Below, piece after piece: positions 7,670 to 16,710 of a DNA stretch of 32,000 nucleotides (positions within the stretch are counted from its first letter, which is position 1; each line of letters begins with the position of its first letter). A program made the position numbers and the translations under genes. The DNA is from Xanthomonas campestris pv. campestris str. ATCC 33913. Lineage in GTDB: Bacteria; Pseudomonadota; Gammaproteobacteria; Xanthomonadales; Xanthomonadaceae. The stretch is taken from NCBI RefSeq assembly GCF_000007145.1, contig NC_003902.1:1507436-1539435 (forward strand), written 5' to 3'. The notes under the pieces are model-generated. The model searched no databases. It saw nothing but the letters and a program-made list of their open reading frames with translations, and was not told where the DNA came from.

Positions 7670-8845
7670 TCAAATCAATTCGATAGCAATGGCAGTTGCT
7701 TCGCCGCCGCCGATGCATAGCGTCGCGATTCCGCGCTTGCCGCCGCGGCTGCGCAACGCATTCACCAATGTCACCACCAAGCGTGCACCGGATGCACCGA
7801 TCGGGTGGCCGAGCGCGCAGGCACCGCCGTGCACGTTGACCTTCTCGTGTGCAATTCCCAATTCCTTGATCGGTGTCATCGCCACCACGGCGAACGCTTC
7901 ATTGATTTCAAACAGGTCCACGTCGTCCAGCGTCCAGCCGATCTTGCCGACCAGCGACTGGATCGCGGCCACTGGCGCGGTGGTGAACCATTCCGGTGCC
8001 TGCGAATGGGTGACATGGCCCACGATGCGCGCCAGCGGTGTGATACCGCGGCGCTGCGCCTCATCGGCCGCCATCAGCACGGTGATTGCGGCGCCATCGG
8101 AAATGCTCGACGAGCTAGCGGCGGTGACAGTGCCGTCCTTCTTGAACGCCGCCTTCAAGGTGGGGATCTTGGCCATGTCGGATTTGCCGGGCTGCTCGTC
8201 GCTATCCACGACGATCTCGCCTTTGCGGGTGGCGACTTTCACCGGCACGATTTCATCGGCAAATGAGCCGTTGCGTTGCGCAGCCTGTGCACGTTCTACC
8301 GAGGCGATGGCATAGGCATCCTGATCGGCGCGCGAGAAGCCGAACTTCTCGGCAGTGGCTTCGCCGAACACGCCCATCGCCTGGCCATCGTAGGGATTGG
8401 TCAGACCGTCCCACGCCATGTGGTCCACCGCCTGAAAATTGCCGTAGCGGTTGCCGGTGCGCGAGTTCGGCAGCAGATGCGGCGCGTTGCTCATCGACTC
8501 CATGCCGCCGGCCACCACGATGCTGGCCGAACCGGCCTTGATCAGGTCGTGGCCGAACATGATTGCCTTCATGCCCGAACCGCACACCTTGTTGATGGTG
8601 GTGGCGCCGGTCGAGGTCGGGATGCCGGCCGCAATGGCGGCCTGGCGCGCAGGCGCCTGGCCCAGGTTGGCGGGCAACACGCAGCCGACGATCACTTCGG
8701 AGACATCGGCCGCGGCAACGCCCGACTGCGCCAGCGCGCCTTCAATGGCGGCAGCAGCAAGCGTGGGGGCGGGGACGCCATTGAACTGGCCAAGGAACGA
8801 TCCGATGGCAGTGCGTTTTGCAGCAACGATGACGATGTCGGACAT
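7670..8845 (-). CDS. Acetyl-CoA C-acetyltransferase (thiolase II)
   Basis: 391 aa, MSDIVIVAAKRTAIGSFLGQF... The active-site context VCGSGMKA and the C-terminal GGACALGHPIGASGARLV / CIGGGEA thiolase signatures are present. Confidence 0.95.
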   Translation of the reverse strand: MSDIVIVAAKRTAIGSFLGQFNGVPAPTLAAAAIEGALAQSGVAAADVSEVIVGCVLPANLGQAPARQAAIAAGIPTSTGATTINKVCGSGMKAIMFGHDLIKAGSASIVVAGGMESMSNAPHLLPNSRTGNRYGNFQAVDHMAWDGLTNPYDGQAMGVFGEATAEKFGFSRADQDAYAIASVERAQAAQRNGSFADEIVPVKVATRKGEIVVDSDEQPGKSDMAKIPTLKAAFKKDGTVTAASSSSISDGAAITVLMAADEAQRRGITPLARIVGHVTHSQAPEWFTTAPVAAIQSLVGKIGWTLDDVDLFEINEAFAVVAMTPIKELGIAHEKVNVHGGACALGHPIGASGARLVVTLVNALRSRGGKRGIATLCIGGGEATAIAIELI

Positions 8846-9001
8846 GAGTGGATACCGTTTAAAGTGAAACGATTATCTGCCTCGTGGCCGATTCGCGCCA
8901 GCGCGCACCGCGCTGGAGTGGTGGCTTAACGTGACGTATAAAAGCGATATTCGGGCCCGGGGTTGGGCCCGATCCATGGATTGGTTAGGGGAAAACTCAA
9001 G

Positions 9002-11863
9002 ATGAAGAAGACAGACGTCGCCAGGACTGTCCTGGCCTCGGCGCTGGCCGTGGCATTGACCGCGTGTGGCGGTGGTGGGGGTGGGGGCGGTATTCGTCCG
9101 AGCACGCCGACTGCGCCGCCACCGACCTCGCCACCACCTCCGCCACCGCCCACCTCACCGCCGCCGCCCACGACCGCCCCTACGCCGCCGCCCCCCACGA
9201 CCGTACCGACCCCGCAGCCCGCGTTCGATGCGCACTTGGCGCTGACCAATACGCGTACCGCGCAGGCGCTTGGCTTCACCGGCGCCGGTTACCGCATCGG
9301 CGTGGTCGACAGCGGCATCAATGGCAATCATCCCGCGTTGCAGGGGCGGTTATCCGACAGCTTCATCTATGTGGATCCGCGCGACAACAATATCGCGGTG
9401 GGTGACGTGGTCGGACATGGCACAGTCGTGGCTGAGTTGGCGGCTGGAGGCGCGGTGGGGCAATGGCCGGGCGGCATTGCGCCCGGTGCGACGCTGGTCT
9501 CGGCGCGCATCATTGCCGACAAGGCGCCTACGGATGACGGCAGCGGGCAGGGCAATGAGATCGACGGGCCGCTTGGATTGGAGGCCGTGCATGCGGACCT
9601 GATCCGCGCAGGCACGCGCATCATGAATAACTCCTGGGGCGGGCTGTACTGGACCGACCCCAACGTGACCAACCCGGTCGCACAGGAATACCGTGCGTTC
9701 GTGATCGGCAACGATGGTTTGGTGGTATTCGCCTCCGGCAATGAATCGCGCACCGAGCCATCCGATACTGCTGCATTGCCCAGCCAGCCCGGCCCCAATG
9801 GCACGCGGCCGGCTGCCGATCTAGAGCGCGGCTGGCTAGTCGTTGGTGCAGTGGATACCGCCAATCCGACCCAGCTGGCGTCGTATTCGAATGCCTGCGG
9901 TGTAACGATGCGGTATTGCCTGGTGGCACCGGGCACGTCGGTGTATGTCGGCCCCGACAGTACCGCCGGTAACCTGAGCTACTTCTATGGCAGCGGCACT
10001 TCGTTTGCCGTGCCATTGGTGTCCGGCGCCGCCGCGCTGGTGTGGCAGGCGTACCCGTATTTCAACAACGACCTGGTGCGCCAGACCTTGTTGGGCACGG
10101 CGACCGACCTCGGCGCCGCAGGCGTCGATCCAACGTTCGGATATGGCCTGCTCAACGTGGGCAAGGCGGTGCTGGGGCCGGCGCGTTTCGACTGGGGCAC
10201 GGTGGATGTCGAGGTCATGACCTTACGTTCGACCTGGGCCAACGACATCAGTGGCAACGGTGGGTTGACCAAGCGCGGTAGCGGCACGTTGGTGTTGAGC
10301 AGCACCGCCAATACCTTTATTGGCGACACCCAGGTGCTGGGCGGTACCTTGCAGACCGCCAGTCTGCAAAGTGCGCGCGTCGGCGTGGCCAGCGGCGCCA
10401 GCTTGATTGGCAGTGGCCGGATCGCCGGAACGCTCAACAATGCGGGCACCGTGCAGGTCAACGGCGCAACGCTGGCGGTCGCGGGTAATTACATCCAGGA
10501 CAGCACCGGCCGTTTGGCCTTGAACGTGGGCGACCGCTTGAACGTCACCGGCACGGCGAGCATCGCCGGCGAGCTGCAATTGCTGGGGCGCCGCGATTAC
10601 GTGGTCGACAACGCCAGTTACACCTTGTTGCAGGCAGCCGGTGGCTTGCAGGGCACGTTCGGGACGGTTACGCGCGGCCCGGCGGTGACCTTTCTCGATG
10701 CAAGCCTGACCTACGACAGCAACAATGCGTACCTGGCGCTGCGCGGTCTGACAGCCACTGCCGTTGCCAGCACGCTCGGCTTGTCCGGCACGACGGCAAT
10801 GGACTCTGCCGTGCGCGTTGAACAGGCATTTCAGCAAGTGGACGTGCAGCTGTTGCAGGGCAGCGGCGCGATCAGTAGCGGGTTTGTCCAGGCTGCGGCC
10901 GCGCTGCAGCAGTCGCCAACCGGTGAGACGGCTGCGGATTCGCTGCGCAGCCTTTCCGGCCGCGCGCATGCCGAATCGGCGGCGATGACCTTCGACACGA
11001 TTGATCTGAGTCGACGCGCACTGGCCACGCATTTCGATGGCGTCTCGCAACAACCGCGCCTGCTTGGTGTCTGGCAGCGTGCACTGGGCGGGCCGGGCGA
11101 GGGTGGTGCGACCAGCAATGGCTTCGCCACCTCGGGCTGGATGATGGGCAACGATCTGCGCATGGCATCCGGTGCGGTGGCCGGGTTTGCCTTCGGCGAA
11201 ACGCGCTCCAACAGCCTGGGCGATCTGGATGGCGCGCGTGGGCGCGACCGCCAGGTGCATGCCCAACTGTATTGGGGCACCACGCGCGGGCCGGGGTATG
11301 CGCTGGGCCAGATGGGCTTTGGCAATGTGCGTCGGCAGATCGAGCGCAGCCTGCAGTTTGGCCTGGACCGCAGTGCCGCCTTTAGCGATTACAGCGGCAG
11401 CTATCTCAGCGGCAACCTGGAAACCGGGTATCGCTTCGGTGATGTCGCTGCTTCGCTGACGCCATACCTGGGCGTGGACTACGTGCGCCTGGCCAGCGAA
11501 GGCTTCCGCGAACAGGGGGGTGAAGGGTTCGGTCTGCGTGCCGCTGCCAGCACCTCTGCACGGACGCAGCTGTTGGCTGGTTTGCGTTCGGCGTACCGCT
11601 GGCGCGGCCTGCAGCTGGGCGGTTATGCCGAGTGGCAGCAAGCGCTCAGCAGCGAGGGCCTGAGCCTGGATGCCAGCTTCATCGGCGTGGATGCGTGGGC
11701 GCCGTTACGCGGCATGCAGCCGGCGCGGTCTGGCGGGCTGCTCGGGGTTGCGGCGTCCGCGCCGCTCGGTGAGCGCGGCGCGCTGCGTTTCGGCTACGAA
11801 CAGCGGGTGGGCGAGCGTGGCGATGACCGCGCGTTGAGCCTGAAGTACAGCGCCGATTTCTGA
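9002..11863 (+). CDS. Subtilisin-family (S8) autotransporter serine protease with lipoprotein signal (SphB1/NalP-like)
   Basis: Start set at ATG 9002: MKKTDVARTVLASALAVALTAC (lipobox), then a G8 run and a Pro-rich linker. S8 triad contexts are GVVDSGI, HGTVVAE and GTSFAVP. The C-terminal beta-barrel domain ends ...LSLKYSADF. Confidence 0.88.
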   Translation: MKKTDVARTVLASALAVALTACGGGGGGGGIRPSTPTAPPPTSPPPPPPPTSPPPPTTAPTPPPPTTVPTPQPAFDAHLALTNTRTAQALGFTGAGYRIGVVDSGINGNHPALQGRLSDSFIYVDPRDNNIAVGDVVGHGTVVAELAAGGAVGQWPGGIAPGATLVSARIIADKAPTDDGSGQGNEIDGPLGLEAVHADLIRAGTRIMNNSWGGLYWTDPNVTNPVAQEYRAFVIGNDGLVVFASGNESRTEPSDTAALPSQPGPNGTRPAADLERGWLVVGAVDTANPTQLASYSNACGVTMRYCLVAPGTSVYVGPDSTAGNLSYFYGSGTSFAVPLVSGAAALVWQAYPYFNNDLVRQTLLGTATDLGAAGVDPTFGYGLLNVGKAVLGPARFDWGTVDVEVMTLRSTWANDISGNGGLTKRGSGTLVLSSTANTFIGDTQVLGGTLQTASLQSARVGVASGASLIGSGRIAGTLNNAGTVQVNGATLAVAGNYIQDSTGRLALNVGDRLNVTGTASIAGELQLLGRRDYVVDNASYTLLQAAGGLQGTFGTVTRGPAVTFLDASLTYDSNNAYLALRGLTATAVASTLGLSGTTAMDSAVRVEQAFQQVDVQLLQGSGAISSGFVQAAAALQQSPTGETAADSLRSLSGRAHAESAAMTFDTIDLSRRALATHFDGVSQQPRLLGVWQRALGGPGEGGATSNGFATSGWMMGNDLRMASGAVAGFAFGETRSNSLGDLDGARGRDRQVHAQLYWGTTRGPGYALGQMGFGNVRRQIERSLQFGLDRSAAFSDYSGSYLSGNLETGYRFGDVAASLTPYLGVDYVRLASEGFREQGGEGFGLRAAASTSARTQLLAGLRSAYRWRGLQLGGYAEWQQALSSEGLSLDASFIGVDAWAPLRGMQPARSGGLLGVAASAPLGERGALRFGYEQRVGERGDDRALSLKYSADF

Positions 11864-11871
11864 TCGGTGTG

Positions 11872-11904
11872 CCTGACGCCCGGGTGCAATGCCCGGGCGT
11901 CAGG
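11872..11904. terminator. 13-bp GC-rich hairpin between convergent genes
   Basis: CCTGACGCCCGGG / CCCGGGCGTCAGG with a 7-nt loop, between the autotransporter stop and the ldh stop. It has no clear T-tract. Confidence 0.55.
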
Positions 11905-11964
11905 TGTGCGGTGGACATTGTGTCATCGCCCGAGTCGTCAACCGCGGCCCGCCCGTTTGCGCGC

Positions 11965-13065
11965 TTACTCGCCGCGCAACTTGTGCAGGAAGCGCGGTGC
12001 GGTGCGGCCCAGCGGCAGCTTGAGCTTGCTGATCGCTTCGATCCGCGTTTCGGCAATCTGGTCGGCCGCCTGCTGCGGCGGGATGCCGAGCTGGGTGGAC
12101 AGGTCGAACACCTTTTCCAGGTTGTGGTAGATGCTGCGGATCAGGCGCATCGCACGTTCGCGGTTGTAGCCGTCGATCTCCAGCGACACATTCATGACGC
12201 CGCCGGCATTCACCACATAGTCGGGCGCATACAGAATGCCGCGCTTGTGCAGCTCTTCGCCGATCGCTGCGCTGGACAACTGATTGTTGGCCGTGCCGCA
12301 GATGATCTTGGCCTTGAGCCGCGGCAGCGTGTCTTCGTTGATGGCACCTTCGAGTGCGCAGGGCGCAAACACATCGGCGGGCACTTCATGAATCTCTTCG
12401 GGGCGCACGGCCTCGGCGCCGTATTCGGACACTGCGCGATCCACCAGCGCCGGATTGAGATCGGCCACATAGAGCTTGGCGCCGCGTTCCTTGAGCAACT
12501 TCACCAGTTCCATGCCGATATGGCCCAGGCCCTGGATCGCGATGCTGGCCTTGCCCACTTCTTCATGGCCGAGCTTGCGATTGAGCGAGGCCATCAGCGC
12601 CTGCAGCGCGCCGTAGGCGGTGAACGGAGCGGGATCGCCGGAGCCGCGATGCACCTGATGCACGCCGGTGACGTACTCGCTCTCCAGGTAGATCTGCTCC
12701 ATGTCGTTGACATCGGTACCCACATCCTCGGAGGTGATGTAGCGGCCTCCCAGGGTGTCGACAAAGCGGCCAAAGGCGCGGAATAGCGCCTCGCTCTTGT
12801 CGGTCTTCGGGTCGCCGATGATCACGGCCTTGCCGCCACCGACATTGAGGCCGGCCAGCGCGTTCTTGTAGGTCATGGTGCGGCTGAGCCGTAGCGCGTC
12901 GTTGAGCGCGGCTTCGCTGTTGGCATACGGCCGCATGCGCACCCCACCCAGTGCCGGCCCCAGACGGGTGCTGTGCAACGCGATGATGGCCTTGAGGCCG
13001 GCGTCGCGGTTGTGGCAGAAAATCACCTGCTCATGGCCGGTGGTATCGAGGGTTTCGAAAAGCAT
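11965..13065 (-). CDS. ldh: Leucine dehydrogenase (Glu/Leu/Phe/Val dehydrogenase family)
   Basis: 366 aa: MLFETLDTTGHEQVIFCHNRDAGLKAIIALHSTRLGPALGGVRM...GGGKAVIIG, with the Rossmann motif IQGLGHIG. Confidence 0.92.
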   Translation of the reverse strand: MLFETLDTTGHEQVIFCHNRDAGLKAIIALHSTRLGPALGGVRMRPYANSEAALNDALRLSRTMTYKNALAGLNVGGGKAVIIGDPKTDKSEALFRAFGRFVDTLGGRYITSEDVGTDVNDMEQIYLESEYVTGVHQVHRGSGDPAPFTAYGALQALMASLNRKLGHEEVGKASIAIQGLGHIGMELVKLLKERGAKLYVADLNPALVDRAVSEYGAEAVRPEEIHEVPADVFAPCALEGAINEDTLPRLKAKIICGTANNQLSSAAIGEELHKRGILYAPDYVVNAGGVMNVSLEIDGYNRERAMRLIRSIYHNLEKVFDLSTQLGIPPQQAADQIAETRIEAISKLKLPLGRTAPRFLHKLRGE

Positions 13066-13130
13066 CGAAGGCTCCGCGGGGCTGCGTGATGTGCCTTCCC
13101 TGACGCCCGGCCTGCAGCCGGCGCAATGGG

Positions 13131-13175
13131 AAACAAAAAACGCGACGTCTCCAGACCCTGTCCGATCACGTCGCG
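13131..13175 (-). terminator. Candidate rho-independent terminator
   Basis: 8-bp stem CGCGACGT/ACGTCGCG (13141-13148 / 13168-13175), followed on the minus strand by TTTTTTGTTT. The 19-nt loop is long. Confidence 0.5.
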
Positions 13176-13222
13176 CCGCAACATTTTAAACCACGCTGGC
13201 CGGTGGATGTGTATGAACCCGT

Positions 13223-13470
13223 TCACCAATCCCGGTAGCGGCGCTGCCGAAACCACAGCGTGCCCAGCCATTTGCTGCCCGCATCCACCGGCAGACCCGC
13301 GTGCAACGAATCCGGATCAGGCGTGCCGTCGGCCAGCAGATTGTCGAAGCACACCACCGCACCTGCGCGTGGTATCGCAAATCCGCACCACCGGCCTGAA
13401 GGTACTGAACTAGACGCGGATCGTGCTGAGCCGGTGCCACGTTGGGAAGCAGGCGGGAGCGGCAGCGGGA
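13223..13470 (-). pseudogene. Remnant of a 2OG-Fe(II) oxygenase (prolyl 4-hydroxylase-like), C-terminal part only, frameshifted
   Basis: The end of ORF 13223..13585 reads FAIPRAGAVVCFDNLLADGTPDPDSLHAGLPVDAGSKWLGTLWFRQRRY, which is typical of a P4H C-terminus. The preceding segment (RLVQYLQAGGADL) is in another frame. The N-terminal half is absent, and the upstream space is occupied by the 13498 gene. Confidence 0.55.
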
Positions 13471-13497
13471 CGATCAGGGTTCCGGCCAAGCTTGCAA

Positions 13498-13998
13498 TCA
13501 GTCGCGCGGGCTCAGCGCGAGCTGGGTCAGATACAGGCGCAGGTCGAATTCGAGCTGGTGGTAATCCGGGGCCATGTGGTGGCACAGCTGGTAGAAGGCC
13601 TTGTCGTGCTCGGGCTCTTTGAGGTGCGCCAGTTCGTGCGCCACGATCATCTGCAGGAAGGGCGCGGGTGCGTCGCGGAAGATCGCGGCGATGCGGATCT
13701 CGCGGCTGGCTTTCAGGCGGCTGCCATGCACGCGCGAGATGGCGGTGTGCGTGCCGAGCGCATGCTTCACCACCTGCAGATGATTGTCGTAGATGGCTTT
13801 GTGCAGCGTGGGCGAAGAGCGCATGTAGCGCTCCTTCATTTCTTTGACGTAGTCGTACAACTGCCGGTCGGTGCGCACGGTGTGGCGCTCGGGATACCGC
13901 TGCGCCAGGACGGCGCCGAGCTTGTCCTGCGCAATCAATGCGCGCACCTGCTCCAGCACTGCAGGTGGGTAACCGGTGAGATAGCGAAGCGTGTCCAT
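13498..13998 (-). CDS. YgjP-like metal-dependent hydrolase (DUF45 / M48-type HExxH)
   Basis: Start set at ATG 13998 (MDTLRYLTGYPP...). The motif VAHELAHLKEPEHDKAFYQL is present. Confidence 0.8.
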   Translation of the reverse strand: MDTLRYLTGYPPAVLEQVRALIAQDKLGAVLAQRYPERHTVRTDRQLYDYVKEMKERYMRSSPTLHKAIYDNHLQVVKHALGTHTAISRVHGSRLKASREIRIAAIFRDAPAPFLQMIVAHELAHLKEPEHDKAFYQLCHHMAPDYHQLEFDLRLYLTQLALSPRD

Positions 13999-14224
13999 GT
14001 GATCCAAACGTTGCCCAGGCCGCATGATCGCCGATGCGCGGTGTGTCTGCGAGCGATGTGAAGAGGTGTTCGCACAGCTAAACGGCCGGGCAACTGTGTC
14101 GTCGTGTGTCACGCTTATTCACGAGTGCGGCACAGGGTGGTGGGTAGCGTGCACGGCATGTTTTCCGGCACTGCGCCGCTGAAAGCACTCGACTGACGCA
14201 ACGGCTTTGCCGATAGGAGACATC

Positions 14225-14398
14225 ATGATCAAGTGGGCCATTATTTTCGCCATCATCGGCCTGATTGCCGGTGCATTGGGCTTCGGTGGCATGGCAGGTG
14301 CGGCGATGGGAATCGCCAAGTTCCTGTTCTGGGCCGGCATCATCATCGCCATTGTGCTGTTCGTGCTGGGCATGACGATTGCCAAAAAGGTGACCTGA
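14225..14398 (+). CDS. DUF1328 (UPF0391) small membrane protein
   Basis: [49 protein letters not shown]... AGGAGA lies 4 nt upstream of ATG 14225. Confidence 0.85.
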   Translation: MIKWAIIFAIIGLIAGALGFGGMAGAAMGIAKFLFWAGIIIAIVLFVLGMTIAKKVT

Positions 14399-14452
14399 TT
14401 GCCATCGCCTGCAGTAGCGCTTTCGAGCGCTGCTAGCAGGCGTTAGAGATAC

Positions 14453-14482
14453 AAAAGGAGCGGCAATGCCGCTCCTTTTTTT
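14453..14482 (+). terminator. Rho-independent terminator
   Basis: AAAAGGAGCGGC-AAT-GCCGCTCCTTTTTTT. Confidence 0.85.
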
Positions 14483-14561
14483 GTGCGTGCTGTTTTGTGC
14501 GCCTTGCAAGCCATCGCCAGGCAAGTGCGCAAACGAGCTCTAGCTTTACTGGAGCCGTACT

Positions 14562-14825
14562 TCAGCCTGCCGACACGCCGGTGTCTTCTGCTTCGGTATG
14601 CAGGGCGATATTGAGCTGGTCGATGGTGACGATCCAGTCGGCATCGTCGATGCGCTCTTCGCGCAGCAGCTGCGCCTGGGCCGGTGTCCAGAACGGTGCT
14701 TCTTCCAGTCGCACATCGCCCGGAAGCGGGGAATGTTCGGCGATGAAACGGCGAATGCTGGCTTCGTCGGAGGGCAGGCCGAGCTGTGCAAACAGTTCGG
14801 AGAACGGGTGGACGGGTTGTTCCAT
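14562..14825 (-). CDS. DUF2789 family protein
   Basis: 87 aa: MEQPVHPFSELFAQLGLPSDEASIRRFIAEHSPLPGDVRLEEAPFWTPAQAQLL... matches my recollection of the DUF2789 pattern. Confidence 0.7.
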   Translation of the reverse strand: MEQPVHPFSELFAQLGLPSDEASIRRFIAEHSPLPGDVRLEEAPFWTPAQAQLLREERIDDADWIVTIDQLNIALHTEAEDTGVSAG

Positions 14826-14954
14826 GGTGGGGTTCCTGTGGGCGGCGAATCGGTGAATGCTAGAGCACCCGGTTTGAGGGCGCTGTGCAGAGCCGGCTTG
14901 GATTTTGCGCTGTGCGTGCCCATTTCAGAAACAGACCAACAAGGTGATGCAGAC

Positions 14955-15221
14955 ATGGCGACCGGATGGGCGGGTGATGGGGCGGTGCAGGACCAGATCG
15001 ATGCCACGGTGGACGAGGCGATCCAGCGGGCGCGCAGCCAGCTGCACCAGGGCCCGAGCCTGACGCACTGCGAAGACTGTGATGCACGTATTCCCGAGGC
15101 GCGGCGCAACGCTGTGCCGGGTGTGCATCTATGCGTCACCTGCCAGGAGGCGCATGACCATGCGCAAGCCGCGCAAGGCGGCTACAACCGGCGCGGCAGC
15201 AAGGACAGCCAGCTGCGCTGA
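14955..15221 (+). CDS. TraR/DksA family C4-type zinc-finger protein
   Basis: C-terminal part of ORF 14598..15221, with start set at ATG 14955 (MATGWAGDG...). The zinc finger is CEDCDARIPEARRNAVPGVHLCVTCQ. Confidence 0.75.
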   Translation: MATGWAGDGAVQDQIDATVDEAIQRARSQLHQGPSLTHCEDCDARIPEARRNAVPGVHLCVTCQEAHDHAQAAQGGYNRRGSKDSQLR

Positions 15222-15234
15222 CAGGCGCCGCTGT

Positions 15235-15828
15235 TTAAGGCGAATGGAACCCGCTGGTCTCGCGCCACCGCCGGGTGGTGCGCTGGAAGAACAGGCTGTT
15301 GGGCACCTGCAGGACGCTGCCAGCGTGGTCGCCGGTTTCTTCCAGTGTGGTGTAGATCACATTGATGTCGATGACGCGGCCCTTGAGGCCCGGCTTGTCG
15401 CCGCCTTCGAGCAATTCGATGTGGTCGTGCAGCCGGAACGGCCGCGTGGTGATGATGAGGAACGTGCAGAAGATGTTGGACAGCACGCTCCACGCAGCGA
15501 AGAACGCCACCGCACCCACCGCCGCAAATCCTGTGAACGCCGTCCACAACGTGCCGGCGGAGACGCCAATCACGTGCAGCACCATCAATAGCGCGCTTAC
15601 CGAAATGATGAAGCCGCCCGTTCGCCGAATGCCAATCATCATTTCGGCCGGCACGCTGTAGCGCGTGCACAGGCGTTTGAGCAGTTGGCGCAAGAGCAGC
15701 CGGATCAGGCCCGCGACGGCGAGGATCACGACGATCTTGACGGCGGGCACTGCGACATCCAGCCACTGCGGGTTCCAGTGCGGCAACAGACTACGGATCA
15801 TCGCGGGAAGGGGGTCGGGTGCAGCCAT
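15235..15828 (-). CDS. Small mechanosensitive channel (MscS family)
   Basis: 197 aa with three TM helices followed by IITTRPFRLHDHIELLEGGDKPGLKGRVIDINVIYTTLE (MscS beta domain). Confidence 0.8.
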   Translation of the reverse strand: MAAPDPLPAMIRSLLPHWNPQWLDVAVPAVKIVVILAVAGLIRLLLRQLLKRLCTRYSVPAEMMIGIRRTGGFIISVSALLMVLHVIGVSAGTLWTAFTGFAAVGAVAFFAAWSVLSNIFCTFLIITTRPFRLHDHIELLEGGDKPGLKGRVIDINVIYTTLEETGDHAGSVLQVPNSLFFQRTTRRWRETSGFHSP

Positions 15829-15895
15829 CAGCTCAAGCGGATACGTGGGGGAGCCTAGTGTAACGGGCTACTCCCTGCGCAATGGGTGCGTGGGC

Positions 15896-16041
15896 TAAGA
15901 GCAGCTATCAAAACTACTGCGCAGCCGCCAGGCGGGCGCGGCCGGTGCTCGGAATCCTCATGTACCCACGTACATTCCGGTTCCTCCGCGCCGTCCGCAC
16001 CCACCTGACGACTGCTCGCTACGTTTTGTCAGCCGCTCTAA
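15896..16041 (+). mobile_element. MITE copy 1 (140 bp, 15899-16038) with TAA/TAA target duplication
   Basis: GAGCAGCTATCAAAAC...GTTTTGTCAGCCGCTC. The whole element is an imperfect palindrome centred on ATGTACCCACGTACAT. It is flanked by TAA on both sides. Confidence 0.85.
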
Positions 16042-16189
16042 ATGCGCGCTCATCTGCGTGTGCTGTGTGGTGCAGTGATCCATGGTCAAACGCGTGAAGC
16101 GCTGCGGTCGTGGGCCTGGGATGGCCGCTGCAATCGCTGTCATGCGGCAGGAGTGCCCTTCGTTATGGGTGTCGGGTCTTGGCAGTGCA

Positions 16190-16447
16190 TTACCGTCGCT
16201 GTAGATGCATCGCCTGATATTCCCGGAGATCGAACACGGCCTGCCAACTGTCGCGCAGGGTACGCACGGCGCCCCAGTGACTGGGCGACGGCACGTGCAC
16301 ACAGCGCGGTGTCGCAGCGCTGCTTGCGGGCAGCACGCAGGCTTCCACGCGCTGTGGGCTGAGCGATAGGCGTAAGGCGGCCGTGGGCAGCGGGCCAGGG
16401 CAGTGGGTCGGGCACAGGCTCAGCAGCAAGCCAACGATGAGGGTCAT
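16190..16447 (-). CDS. Hypothetical 85-aa protein with hydrophobic N-terminus (weak call)
   Basis: Internal ATG of ORF 16190..16726. This frame has the highest third-position GC of those I checked by eye. N-terminus is MTLIVGLLLSLC. There is no SD and I recognise no homology. Confidence 0.25.
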   Translation of the reverse strand: MTLIVGLLLSLCPTHCPGPLPTAALRLSLSPQRVEACVLPASSAATPRCVHVPSPSHWGAVRTLRDSWQAVFDLREYQAMHLQRR

Positions 16448-16570
16448 GCGGATAACGCCAGGGCGGGGCCGCCCAGGACAGCGGCGCGACGCTGTGCAAT
16501 CGAAGCCTTCGATGCGCCCTGCGCCAGAAAGGTTTAGAACTCCGGTAGAAAAATGGCTGCGTCGGGCGTA

Positions 16571-16710
16571 GAGCGGTGAACCAACGTAGTGAGCAATCGC
16601 CAGGCGGTTGGGGGCGGTGCGGAGGAACTGGCGTGTACGGGCAGATATGCCGATTTCGGGCGTCTGCCGCGCTTGTCTGGCGATTGCGCAGTCGCGTTGA
16701 TGCCTGCGCT
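16571..16710 (-). mobile_element. Divergent MITE copy (same subfamily as the copy at 31383)
   Basis: Aligns by eye along its whole length to the adjacent copy, with many substitutions. Its right flank is the TAA at 16711-16713; its left flank is GTA. Confidence 0.6.

Noticed and set aside
9064-9100. G-rich tract (GGTGGTGGGGGTGGGGGCGGT) in the autotransporter as a phase-variation switch.
   Set aside because: The longest homopolymer is only 5 nt, and the tract encodes an in-frame Gly run. There is no evidence of slippage.
15958-16302. ORFs beginning or ending with MYVGT... (15958..16302-, the first 37 codons of 16777..17475+, 23971..24255-) as a repeated small-protein gene.
   Set aside because: The shared peptide is encoded by the MITE palindrome itself. 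The frames diverge or stop immediately outside the element.
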